64,000 nt of DNA from Mobula birostris. Lineage: Eukaryota. Position 1 is the stretch's first letter; each line of letters begins with the position of its first letter. This document shows positions 1 through 10,793 of the stretch, piece by piece. Position numbers and translations under genes: made by a program. The DNA lies in NCBI RefSeq assembly GCF_030028105.1, contig NC_092391.1, positions 51,991,223 to 52,055,222 on the forward strand. The letters are read 5' to 3'. The notes beneath the pieces are model-generated. The model did not search any database. It was not told the origin of the DNA and was given only the letters and a program-made list of their open reading frames with translations.

Positions 1-300
1 ATGAAGAAAGGGGTGTGATTTAGGGGAATGGGCTGGGGTATAGGAGGCAGGGGATGGGAATGTGGTGGAGAGAGGGGATGAGATGGTGAGGGTGTGCGGG
101 GATGAAGAAAGGGGTGTGATTTAGGGGAATGGGTGGGGTATAGGAGGCGGGGGAGGGGTGAGGAATAAAGGAGAGGGTGATGAAAGGGGTATGAGGCTGG
201 GGAGGGGAAGGAGAGGGTATGAAGGATGGGTGTAGGTCAGGCGGGAAAGGGGAATAAAGGAGAGGGTGATGAAAGGGGGGACATAGGAGGCGGGGAGGGG
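1..300. repeat. G/A-rich low-complexity degenerate tandem repeat
   Basis: atgaagaaaggggtgtgatttaggggaatggg occurs at about 1 and 102; ggaataaaggagagggtgatgaaagggg occurs twice. Confidence 0.7.
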
Positions 301-342
301 ATCAGGGTAACTGCGGGGCGGACACCGCCGTCACTCACTCAC

Positions 343-352
343 CCGCCGCCAT
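343..352 (-). CDS. GTF2H3: Probable first coding exon of TFIIH subunit p34 (ATG GCG GCG G); rest of gene lies left of the window
   Basis: Minus strand reads ATGGCGGCGG followed by a consensus donor gtgagt, inside a CpG-rich stretch divergent from the EIF2B1 start. Identity rests on the known head-to-head GTF2H3/EIF2B1 synteny and the tiny phase-1 first exon, not on protein similarity. Confidence 0.65.
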
Positions 353-487
353 CACTACCCCGCCTTTCCAACGCCGCCGCTGGTGCAGCGATGTAACACG
401 TCCGGGTGCCGCCGGCCCGGAACGATGAGCGGCGGCTCCTAGTCGCGGGGGAAGAGTTGTAGGCGGTGGTCACGGTGGACCGGCGCG

Positions 488-500
488 ATGGATGAGGAGG
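488..500 (+). CDS. EIF2B1: EIF2B1 exon 1 (MDEE)
   Basis: ATGGATGAGGAGG|gtgggt; phase 1 matches exon 2. Confidence 0.88.
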
Positions 501-3500
501 GTGGGTATTGAGCAGGGAGGGGGCTGGTATTTGGGTTCCCGGGAGATGTGGGGCCGACCGGGAGGGGGACCTAGGCCGTGACACCCTGGTAGGTCGGGCA
601 GTGTCTGTGGGAGGCTGAGGAAACAGGGATGTTTCAGTATGGGTGAATTTGATCCATTTTGACAGTGTTGGCCCTACACTCACCCTGACAGGTGGTGTAT
701 GCTCATCACACTCTTGTAGGTGGAGGCAAGAACTCGGAGAGTTACTCAGCACCAGACACCCTGCTCCTGTACATATGGTATTAACGTGACTGGTCTAGTT
801 GAGTTCATGGTAATGACTTCCTTAGGGTTTTGGTGGTGAAGGAGCCAGCGATGATAATGTCCGAGAATCCATGAGGATCAGCGTTATTTTTTGATGGAGA
901 CGGCCAATGTGGCACAGCTGGTGAGGAACCTTATCTAAGAAAGGATGTGCTGACTTGGAGAGGGTTCAAAGAAGATTCACGAAAATGAATCTGGGATTGA
1001 AAGGCTTGTCATATGAGGAGCGTTTGATAGTTCTGGGTCTGTACTCACTGGAATTCAGAAGAATGGGGGGGGGGTCTCATTGAAACCTATCGAGTGTTGA
1101 AAGGCCTCGATAGAATGGATGAAGAGAGGGTATTTCCGATGGTGAGGGAGTCCAGGACCCGAAGGCACAGCCTCAGAATAGAGACTCCTATATCTTGTGA
1201 TCTAATTGTGAACTGTCATTCTGTAGCCAGAGTGTTGTCTCAGCTTCAGTGTTTACAGGCCTGGGTTCCTGTACTTGCTGACAGAGTTATGCACGGAATT
1301 GATTACGTATGCTGATTAAGTATGTATCCTAAATAAGTAATTATCTGTTCCTCAACCAAACGGCAAATTAATTTGACTTTTACAGAGCTTGTGGACTATT
1401 TCAAAAAGCAAATGAAGGAGAATGAAGATGTGGCTTCTGCAGTTGCCGCAATCCGTACCTTGCTGGAGTTTTTGAAGAGAGATAGAGGTAAAAGAAATCT
1501 GAGGATCAGGTTTAGTATGTCACGAAATTAGTTGTCTTTGTGGCAGCAGTGCGTAATAGTAGAGAAAAAAGAGCCGTGAATTACAGTAAGTGTATAAATA
1601 TTAAATAGTTAGGTAAGTAGTGCAAAGATAGGAATAAAAAGGGAGTGAGGTAGTGTTCATGGATTCAATGTCCATTCAGAAATCTAATACCTAATGAGGT
1701 TTAGGATAACTTCCTGCACCTGTGTTTTATTTCACTGAGTCTTAAATGAAACTGTCCATTCTCCCAAACTTAATTCTCCAGTTAAATGTATAAACTGTAT
1801 AATGTTTAGGTGCAAGGCAGGATATTATCAAGTATTTTTAGAGTTTTGTCAGTGGATTGACATCCTCAGATTATTGCTGTGTTTTGATAGCCTGTTACAC
1901 ATAGAAAGCTGAACTGACTACTTCTCTCTCCTACATATACATTGAATATTTCTATTGATGCTGAAAGATATAGGAGCAGAATTAGGCCATTTGGCCCATC
2001 AAGTCTGCTCTGCCATTTCATCATGGCAGATCCATTTCTCTCTCAGCCCCAATCTCCTGCCTTCTCCCTGTATCCTTTCATGCTCTGACTAATCAAGAAT
2101 CTGTCAACCTCTGCCTTATATATCCAATGACTTGGCCTCCACAGCAAGCTATGGCAACAAATTTCATTGATTCACCACCCTCTGGCCAAAGAAATTGCTC
2201 CTCATCTCCATTCTAAAAGGAGGCCCCTCTATTCTGATGCTGCATCTTAGACTGCGGCCATCGGAAACATCCTACCCACAGCCACTCTGTCAAGACCTTT
2301 CAACATTCAATAGGTTTCAATAAAATCTTCCCTCATTCCTCTGAATTCCAGTGAGTACAGGCCTAGAGTCATCAAACTCTCCTTATACTATAAGCCTTTC
2401 AATCCCAGAATTATTTTCATAAACCTTCTTTGAACCCTCTCCAGTGTCAGCACATCCTTTCTTAGATAAGGGGCCCAGAACCACTCTCAATACTCAGTGA
2501 GGCCTCACCAGTGTTTTATAAAGCCTCAGCATTACATCCTTGCTTTTATATTCTAGTTCTCTTGAAATGAATGCTACATTTGCCTTCCTCACCAGCGACT
2601 CAACCTGCGAATTAACCCAGGGAGTCTTGCACACAGACTAACAAGTCCCTTTGCACCTCTGATCTTTGAAATTCCTGTTCATTTAGAAAATAGTCTCTTT
2701 TATTCCACCACATCAAACAAGAACTCATTGCCTCAGATCCAGAGGGTGGTGAATCTGTGGAATTAATTGCTACGGACGGCTGTGGAGACCAGATCATTGG
2801 ATATATTTAAAGAGGAGATCGATAGGTTTTCGATTAGTAAAGGTGATGTGAACAAGGCAGGATAATGGGGTTGACCGGGGGTGGAGGGGGGGAATCAGCC
2901 GTGATAAAATAGTGGAGCAGACTCAATGGCCTAATTCTGCTCTCGTGTCGCATGGTGTTCAAGTTGTTCCCTGTGTCTGCTTCTGGGATTAGGTGAGACC
3001 ATTCAAGGGCTGAGAGAGAATCTGAAGGAAGCCATTAAAATACTGAGCAGTGTAGAGTCGTCAGTGGCAGTGTCGTCAGGTGGCGAACTCTTCCTCCGAT
3101 TCATCAGTCTTACGTCGCTGGAACACCCGGTACGTATGTTGGTGCGCTCAAGCACCTTTGTGAATCTATGAATGTGGGCTACAGCATTCCCCACCAAACG
3201 CCTCTCCACTTGAAATCATCCATGAAACCTAACTCTTAGACTAAACCTTCACTCACATCTCCTGTGTCTGCCTACGTGGGTTAATACCGCCTTTTTATTC
3301 TGGCGTCTTCCCCCTTCATCTTCAGTCCTGAAGAAGGGTCTCGGCCTCAAACATCAGCTGCTTATTCATTGCCACAGATGCTGCCTGACCTGCTGAGTTC
3401 TTCCAGCATTCTGTGTGTGTTGCTCTGGATTTCCAGCATTGGCAGAACCTCTTGTGTTTGTGTGCTCCTCTGACATGCCTCGTGCTGCCGCAGGCTTGTT

Positions 3501-6500
3501 TGCGTGTGTGTTCCTCGGAGGGTCAACGTTGTTCCAAAGGACCCTGCTGAGATGCAGTGGTGCGTCCAGCCCTGTCAGCTGCTGGTAACAAACATCAGCA
3601 AACTACGAGCGGACTACTGACCAGACCCCAGCCCTGAAATCAGTGAGCCCACCTCACCGAATGGGACTTCTGACCCCACCATGTTGGATAAAGTGGGTGG
3701 ATGTGCAGACCGGTGACCATAGCCCATCCCTGCAGATCAGGGAGCCCACCCTGCCAAGTGGAACTTATGACTCCACTGTGTTTGATAAAGTGGGTTGATG
3801 CAAGTCTCCAATAAGGGTAAATATCTTCATCTTTAAAAGCTCCAGTTCATTGCGTTCCATGAGTTAGAAAAAATTTTATCTTATAACAGGACCTCCAAGG
3901 CGCCCATCCCGAAGTGAAGGGCTGTGTAACGTGTGTGTATAGAGAGCAGGATTTTCTGTCTCTGTCCCAGTACGAGGTGAACTGCTGCATTACGCTGTCC
4001 GTATCCCGGTACAGGGCGAACCGTCTGTTACGTTAGGGTGAACCGCACTGCTTCACATTGCAGCAAAGCACGATACTGACCCCCTCCTGTAACGTGAGGA
4101 TTATCCGTACCGTTTCACCCCAAGGCAAAGCACGATACTGACCCCCTCCCATAACGTGAGAGTAATCCGTTTGTTTCACCTCACGGCAAAGCACGATACT
4201 GACCCCCCACCCGTAACGTGAGGGTAATCCGTTTGTTTCACCTCACAGCAAAGCACAATACCGACCCCTCGCCGATAACGTGAGGGTAATCCGTTTGTTT
4301 CACCTCACGGCAAAGTACGATACTGACCCCCCACCCGTAACGTGAGGGTAATCTGTACTGTCACAGCCCTCCTCAGCCAGAGGTACGACAGTGTTATCAG
4401 CAGGAGTACTTGTAAAATATGAAGGAGGCTCATCGGCGGGGACAGTCACGATAGAAACAACAATGTCTAAGTTTGAAATCTGGGCTGAATTATCCCCTCT
4501 GAGCCTGACTGATTATCCGTAGGAGATTGTGTACAAGATTGTTCTAACTGAGTTTAAACTCTTTCCCTGTAGGATTACTCAATATGCAAAAAGACGATGA
4601 TAGACAGAGGGGAGCTTTACTTGGAAAAAATTTCTGTTTCAAGGGATAAGATTGCAAACCTGTGTTCTGCCTTTATAAACGATGGCGCAGTAAGTACTGA
4701 ATTAGTTGTATGAGACCCTCTTCATCCTTTTCCCACCATTCACCCTTCCTGCAGATCCCCCATGTGACAATATTGATGGGAGTCACTGTCGGTGTCTGTT
4801 TGTGTTCAGTGTGACCCCGCATTTGCTTTTGAGAAACCTCTGGTTCACTTGAGGTGTTGTAGGAGGCTATTAGCAAATGGTGATTATGGGTTAATATTGA
4901 GGCTTTGAACTCTGGTAGATACAGATCTTTGCTACAAATGTTGTACCGAAAGATCTGCTGTTAAGCTGGCTTCCCTCTCTTAACATCCTTAAATAAAGTA
5001 ATTTCCAATCTCTCTTTAAAAAACTTCGACAGTGTTAGATCACAGTCATGGTTAAGTCCACTATAAGTCGTGTTATTTTCACGTGAAGACCATTTGGGTG
5101 CTTCTGGTGTGTTTTTTTAGACTCTCATGTACTGGTGACATTTCTCAAAACAGGAATATAATCTGGCAGCTCTGAACATCGGAAGCCTCAGCGTCCCATC
5201 CCTGTCACTTACCAAGTCCCCATGTAGAGTCCTAACACTGTTTCAGAATCCAAAGACATACGGGTTAGTGGGTTCATTGGTCGCACAGGTGTAATTGGGT
5301 GGTGTGCGCTCATTGGGCTAGAAAGGCCTGTTACCGTGCTATGTCTTGAAATAAAAATCCTTTAGTTTCCTTTTACGAAGAAACTCTTGTCCTTCATTGG
5401 GTACTTTGTAAGAATGTATGGGTTAAAATCAGAGACAATTATCCTCATTGATCTTTAACTCCATAGCACATTGTGTTTACATGGTGTGTCTGCAGGTTGA
5501 TGAAATGTTTAACTTCAGCGTGTTCTGTTTACCCGGTCTGCAGTTGGAGTAATCCGTCTTCCCTTCCCTCCTAGAAAATCTTGACCCACTCTTCCTCACG
5601 AGTGGTCCTGCGAGTGCTGGAGAAAGCGGCCAAGGCCAAGAAACGCTTCAGTGTCTACATCACAGAATCGCAACCTGATTCTTCAGGGTAAGCTCTGTTG
5701 TTCGGAGTGCCTGCCACTCATTAGTCACCTGGAGAAGCTCCTGATCACTGTATTATCAGAATTGGGTTTAATATCACGGGCATATGTCATGAAATTTGCT
5801 GTTTTTGTGTCAACGGTACAATGCATTACATAATGTGGAAAAAATTGTGAACTACAGTAAATATTTATATTAGTTAAATTAAATAAGTAGTACAAAAATA
5901 AAAATTTTAAAAGTACGGAGGTAGTGTTCATGGGTTCAATGTCCTGGATACTACAGAGGCAAGTGCTCGTGAAGGATCTGACTAAACTTAAAACTCAAAG
6001 CCATTTAGTTCGATCCTGTGCAGTAGCCCCCATACCGGACGGTGATGCAGCCAGTTAGAATGCGCTCCAAGGCAGATTTGTAGAAATTTGGTGGCATATC
6101 AAATTTCCTCAGATGATATTGGTCCCTGGTATAAAAAGTTGGGAACCCCTGTTATATAGAATGTTTGTTGGTTCAAGGTCAGAATAGAGGGATGTACATT
6201 TAGAATGGAGATGAGGTGGAATTTCTTTCAACAGAGGATGGCGAATCTGTGGAATTCATTGACAGACGGCTGTGAAGGCCAAGTCATTGAGTAATATTTA
6301 AAGCGGAGGTTGATAGATTCTTCATTAGTTTGGGCATTAGAGGTTACAGGGAGAACACAGGAGAATGGGATTGAGAGGGATAATAAATTAGTCATGATGG
6401 AATGGCTGAGCCAACTCAATGGGCTGAATGGCCTAATTCTGCTCCTATGTCTTATGGTCTTATGTCTGACGTGCTACAAAGGAGATGGAATCAGACAGTT

Positions 6501-8931
6501 GCAATCACAAAGCTTAAGACACGTTTCTTCAGAAATTTAAATAGACAAGGCACAGTAAGCTACTGATATAGTGCAGGGAAATGGGATTAGTGTAGATGGG
6601 TAAAGATGTTGGCATCCACATGATGGGCTGAAGGGCCTGTTTACTACACAGCTATCCAATCTCAAAAATAAACTTTACTGTTTGTCTTGCAGACTTAAAA
6701 GTGCAGAAAGACTGAGGAGATTGAACATCCCAGTGACGGTGATCTTGGATGCTTCAGTTGGGTACGTTCTCGGTGGAGAGTTGGAAGGAGTGTTGTTTGA
6801 CCAGTTTGAAGACGTTATCTACACCATGCTGATGCAGTTGGAGAAACTCTCTGTAGATCAGCACCTGAATTGTTTGCCTTTGTTTGCAGGTACATTATGG
6901 AGAAGGTGGATCTGCTGTTGGTTGGAGCGGAGGGAGTGGTAGAAAGTGGCGGAATTATTAACAAGGTGACGGTTTCTTCCTGTGAACAGAATCTAACCTG
7001 CTCCCTATTCATGAGACTGAGAAATGAATCAGAAATATGAATCCTTCAACCCTCAGCTTCGTTGAATCATGGATATTGTTTGAGCTGGGGTGTAGAAAGA
7101 GTAGAGAAGTGCACTTAAGCACACATGCTTGAGGTGTGTCAGTGTTGATGGTCAGCGAGGAGGCCTGGCCTATCATAAAGATTTGCCCTGTTGGATTTTC
7201 ACCAGCTGTGTGACAGGAGGGGTATAAATGCTCAGATTTGAAGGGTCTGATCTTTAGTCCCAGTGTGCAGTACGTTGTGCCAGTCGTGGGGGAAACGTTC
7301 TCCCCATTTACACTGAAACCACAGCAATTCCAAGAACAGACATCAGTCTGTTCCTATTTCTGTTTGCAAAGGAGCGTATGCCTGTGCAAAGTTGTCCTCG
7401 CGAGATCTGTGAAGTTCAGTGACATCAGAGGTTCCTACCCAGGGTTCACGGACCCCTTGGTCCGTGGCAAAATAAAGGTTGGGAACCCCCGAGCTACATG
7501 AAGGGTGACGTTTGTTTTTCTCCCCCTCTTTGCAGATTGGAACGTACCAAATGGCAGTATGTGGAAAATCACACAACAAACCCTTCTACGTGGTGGCTGA
7601 GAGTTTCAAATTCGTCCGGCTTTACCCCCTCAATCAGCAAGATGTCCCTGATCGCTTTAAGGTGAGAAACAGGAGTTCAAGATGAAGGTTTTTTTTCATA
7701 CCTTTGGTCAATATTTTGGTTAATGAGATCCTACTTATCTCAGTTAATCATTGTACTCAAAACCTGATATCTTTCACTGATGCAAGTTTCTGCTTTGGGC
7801 ATTTCACAAGAAGTGCAAAACCTCGTTATGTATTTCCGCTAACATTGTAATGAATTGCACTTCTGACACTCCCTGGGAGTAGGGAGTGCACGATTCAGAT
7901 AACCATACCTTCCTTTAAAAGGTAATGGCTCCATGGCAACAGAGTAGGGCAATGGGATTAGGTTGGAATTGATACAGGTCCATGGGAAATATGACAGCAA
8001 TTTAGACCATAGACAAAGGAACAGGATGAGGCCATTTGGCCCATCAGGATTGTTCTGCTATTCCATCATGGCTGATTTATTATCCCTTTCAACCTCATCC
8101 TCCTGCCTTCTCCCCGTAACCTTCCATGTCCTTACTGATCAAGGACATTTCAACCTCTGCTTTAACTATACTCGATGACTTGGCCTCCAGTCATCTGTGG
8201 CAATGAATTCCACAGATTCATCAACCTCTGGTTAAAGAAATTCCTCCTCATCTCCTTTCTAAATGGACTTCCCTCTATTCTGAGACTGTGCCTCTGGTCC
8301 TAGACTCCCCCACTATAGGAAATATCCTCGCTACATCCACTCCACTTAGGCCTTTCAATATTCAACAAGTTTCATTGAGATCCCCTCATCATTCTATCAA
8401 ACTCCATTGAGTACAGGCCCAGAGCCATCAAATGCTCCTCATACATTAAACCATAGGTTCCCAACTTTCTGGTTTAATAGTATTGGTCCATGGCATAAAA
8501 AAGGTTGGGAACTTCTGTTATACAGAATGATTGATTGTTCAAGGTCTATACTTACTGGAGTTCAGAAGAATGAGGGGGATCTCATTGAAACTTATCAAAT
8601 GTTGAAAGGCTTCGATAGAGTGGATGTGGAGGAACCCATGCTTAATAGCATTGGTCCATGGCGTAAGAAGGTTGGGAACCCCTGTGTTAACCCTTTGATG
8701 ATGGCTCTGGTAAAGATCCAGCACATAATAAATGTAAAAGGTGTATGATGCTAGTTGTTAATTTTTCATTTACAGTACACAGCAGAGATATTAAAATCGG
8801 CAAAGAACCTTGCAGAAGAGCATCCCACAGTGGACTACACCCCACCATCGTTCATTACCCTATTGTTCACCGATCTGGGTGTTCTCACACCTTCGGCTGT
8901 TAGTGATGAACTAATTAAACTGTATTTGTAA
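488..8931 (+). CDS. EIF2B1: Translation initiation factor eIF2B alpha, complete spliced gene, 9 exons, 302 aa
   Basis: join(488-500,1386-1487,2993-3129,4573-4689,5575-5687,6693-6761,6890-6965,7536-7661,8776-8931) = 909 nt, all GT-AG. Protein [34 protein letters not shown]...[20 protein letters not shown] closely matches vertebrate eIF2B alpha. Confidence 0.97.
905..1180 (+). mobile_element. CR1-type LINE 3' fragment
   Basis: Degenerate RT C-terminal sequence ([29 protein letters not shown]), repeated many times in the window. Confidence 0.75.
1386..1487 (+). CDS. EIF2B1: EIF2B1 exon 2
   Basis: ttttacag| ...[34 protein letters not shown] |gtaaaa. Confidence 0.96.
1965..2700 (-). mobile_element. 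CR1-type LINE 3' fragment
   Basis: Begins with the family tail (ataggagcagaattaggccatttggccc) and continues as antisense RT C-terminal sequence. Confidence 0.75.
2993..3129 (+). CDS. EIF2B1: EIF2B1 exon 3
   Basis: attag| [46 protein letters not shown] |gtacgt. Confidence 0.96.
3290..3460 (+). mobile_element. Penelope-derived short repeat with degenerate hammerhead core
   Basis: cagtcctgaagaagggtctcggcctcaaac...gatgctgcctgacctgctgagttcttccagc, the same family as the GIY-YIG-bearing copy at 24.6-25.2 kb. Confidence 0.65.
4063..4358. repeat. Tandem repeat, about 62-bp unit, about 5 copies
   Basis: gcaaagcacgatactgacccc starts at 4063, 4125, 4186, 4248 and 4310. Confidence 0.9.
4573..4689 (+). 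CDS. EIF2B1: EIF2B1 exon 4
   Basis: ctgtag| [39 protein letters not shown] |gtaagt. Confidence 0.96.
5575..5687 (+). CDS. EIF2B1: EIF2B1 exon 5
   Basis: cctag| [37 protein letters not shown](G) |gtaagc. Confidence 0.96.
6693..6761 (+). CDS. EIF2B1: EIF2B1 exon 6
   Basis: ttgcag| [22 protein letters not shown](G) |gtacgt. Confidence 0.95.
6890..6965 (+). CDS. EIF2B1: EIF2B1 exon 7
   Basis: ttgcag| [25 protein letters not shown] |gtgacg. Confidence 0.96.
7426..7491. mobile_element. hAT-type MITE copy
   Basis: TIR-like ends cagaggttcc...ggttgggaacccccg; imperfect 8-bp TSD agtgacat/agctacat. Confidence 0.7.
7536..7661 (+). CDS. EIF2B1: EIF2B1 exon 8
   Basis: ttgcag| [42 protein letters not shown] |gtgaga. 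Confidence 0.97.
8005..8690. mobile_element. CR1 tail (-), MITE, inverted CR1 fragment (+) and a MITE right half
   Basis: 8540-8630 resembles the reverse complement of about 8325-8420; MITE ends ggttgggaac at about 8503 and 8670. Confidence 0.65.
8776..8931 (+). CDS. EIF2B1: EIF2B1 exon 9 (last coding exon)
   Basis: ttacag| [51 protein letters not shown] (TAA). Confidence 0.97.
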   Translation, partial: YTAEILKSAKNLAEEHPTVDYTPPSFITLLFTDLGVLTPSAVSDELIKLYL

Positions 8932-9006
8932 CAGTGTGTCTGCTTCTTTCTAAACCAGGCAGTGATACCATTATTCGGCAGCACAAAGTGGTCATTTCAA
9001 TTAGCT

Positions 9007-9057
9007 CAGGTATTCCCAGCCTGGGGTCCACAGCATAAAGAAGGCTGGGAACCCTTG
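9007..9057. mobile_element. 51-bp hAT MITE in the EIF2B1 3'UTR
   Basis: caggtattcccagcc...ggctgggaacccttg flanked by a perfect 8-bp TSD AATTAGCT (8999-9006 and 9058-9065). Confidence 0.85.
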
Positions 9058-9082
9058 AATTAGCTGGAAAAATTGAATGTTT

Positions 9083-9088
9083 AATAAA
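9083..9088 (+). terminator. Candidate EIF2B1 polyadenylation signal AATAAA
   Basis: First AATAAA after the stop, about 150 nt downstream. Confidence 0.6.
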
Positions 9089-9289
9089 TGAAGGTGAGAT
9101 CTCAGACAATTGGGTACAAAACTAGCATTTGGGTGCGAGTGAGTATTGTCTTTCAGACTGGAAACTTGCGGCCAGTGGTGTGCTCCACAGATCAGTGTTG
9201 GGTCCACTGTTCTTCAGATATGTTAACATTTTGGGTGAGAATACAGTTGGCATGGTTAGTAAGTTTGCGATGGTCCTTAATTAGTATAC

Positions 9290-10245
9290 CGAAGTTCCAA
9301 TGAGAGAGCGTGCAATATTTGATCTGCTATTAGGGAATGAGACAGGGCAGGTGACAGAAGTTTGTGTAGGGGAACACTTTGCATCTAGTGACCACAGTGC
9401 CATTAGTTTCAAAGTGAATATGGAAAAAGATAGGTCTGGTCCACAGGTTGAGATTCTAAATTGGAGGAAGGCCAATTATGATGGTATCAGTAAGGATCTG
9501 GCAAGTGTGGATGGAGACAGGCTGTTTTCTGACAAAGCTGTACTTGGTATTGAGGCCCTGGTTATGGGAAAAAAAAAAGGACTGCACAACAGGAATAAGC
9601 AGGTAGGAAGATGCGAGGTATTTATGGAGTTATAAGAAATGCAAGAGAACACTTAAGAAAGAAATTGGGAGGACTGAAAGAAGGTATGAGGTTCCCCTAG
9701 CAGACAAGGTGAAGGAGAATCCTAAGGGGTTCTACAGATATGTTAAGAGCAAAAGGATTGCAAGAGACAAAATTAGTTCTCTGGAAGATCAGAATGGTAA
9801 TCCATGTGTGGAGTCAAAAGAGAAGGGGGAGATTTTAAACAATTCTTTTTGCATCTGTATTTACTTAGGAGACAGACACAGAGTCTATAGAAGTGAGGCG
9901 AAGCAGCATTGACTTCATAGAGGTGTTTGCTGTCGTGTGGCAAATTAGGGTGGATAAACCCCAGGCCGACACGATGTTCCCTCAGACCCTACAGGAGGCA
10001 AGTACAGAAATTACCAGGGCCCTAGCAGAGATATTTACATCATCCTTAGCGACAGGCGAGTTATTGGAGGATAGCTAATATTGTTCTGCTGGTTAAGAAA
10101 GGCTCTAAAATTAAGTCAGGAAATTACAGGCCAGTGAGCCTGACATCAGTGGTGGGAAAGTTACTGGAAGTTGTTCAAAGGGACTGTATATGTGAGTATT
10201 TGAGTAGACATGGACTTATTAGGGAAAGGCAACATGGTGTCATGC
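9290..10245 (+). mobile_element. CR1 LINE ORF2 fragment (endonuclease to RT), frameshifted
   Basis: RERAIFDLLLGNE...SDHSAISF, KENPKGFYRYVKSKR, YRPVSLTSVVGKLLE. Confidence 0.9.
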
Positions 10246-10670
10246 ACGAAGGGAGTCCTTCCCTTCCCCAGAAATCGGCTCCTCTGGACTGCAGCTTCAC
10301 ACAGATCTGTGTTCTGTTGTTGCCCCTTGCTGTGCAGGATGGTCTGGAGCTAGATGGTGACATCGGGCCCAAATGCTGGAAGAGGGATTACTATACAAGG
10401 TGTCAACTGGTCACTGTGAATATGGTCAGCCAAATGGCCTGTTATGTTATCCATCTCAATGATTTTCCAGAATGGTTCTTTCGGAAATAGAAAATTCAAA
10501 CACATTTCAGTTCTGTCCACGACTCATCACTAGAAATTATTCTGCAATTGCAGGGTGTTTATACCAAAGTGGATTTTAATATACTGTATCATGTTTTAAA
10601 GTAAAACAAACTGCTGAGGAATTATTCACAGAATATTACAAGGCTGACTGCTTCCGACTCCAGGCACAGT

Positions 10671-10793
10671 TCACGTTGCAGTCAGCTGTTTCTCAAAGTC
10701 CTCCTCACTGATCTTGCCCTTTTTCAGCTTCTTCAGTAACCTGGTATCATTCAGTAGTTCATCAATATCTTCCTCATCATCCCTGTCCGAACC
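10671..10793 (-). CDS. DDX55: DDX55 exon 14 (last)
   Basis: ttttcctag| [40 protein letters not shown] (TGA). Confidence 0.93.
   Translation of the reverse strand, partial: GSDRDDEEDIDELLNDTRLLKKLKKGKISEEDFEKQLTAT

Larger units (their letters stand above)
310..610. promoter_or_regulatory. CpG-rich bidirectional promoter region between the GTF2H3 and EIF2B1 start codons
   Basis: High CpG density; divergent ATGs at 352 (-) and 488 (+), only 135 bp apart. Confidence 0.7.

Noticed and set aside
4063-4358. CRISPR-like appearance of hairpin-containing 62-bp repeats
   Set aside because: No unique spacers, a eukaryotic intron context and no cas genes.
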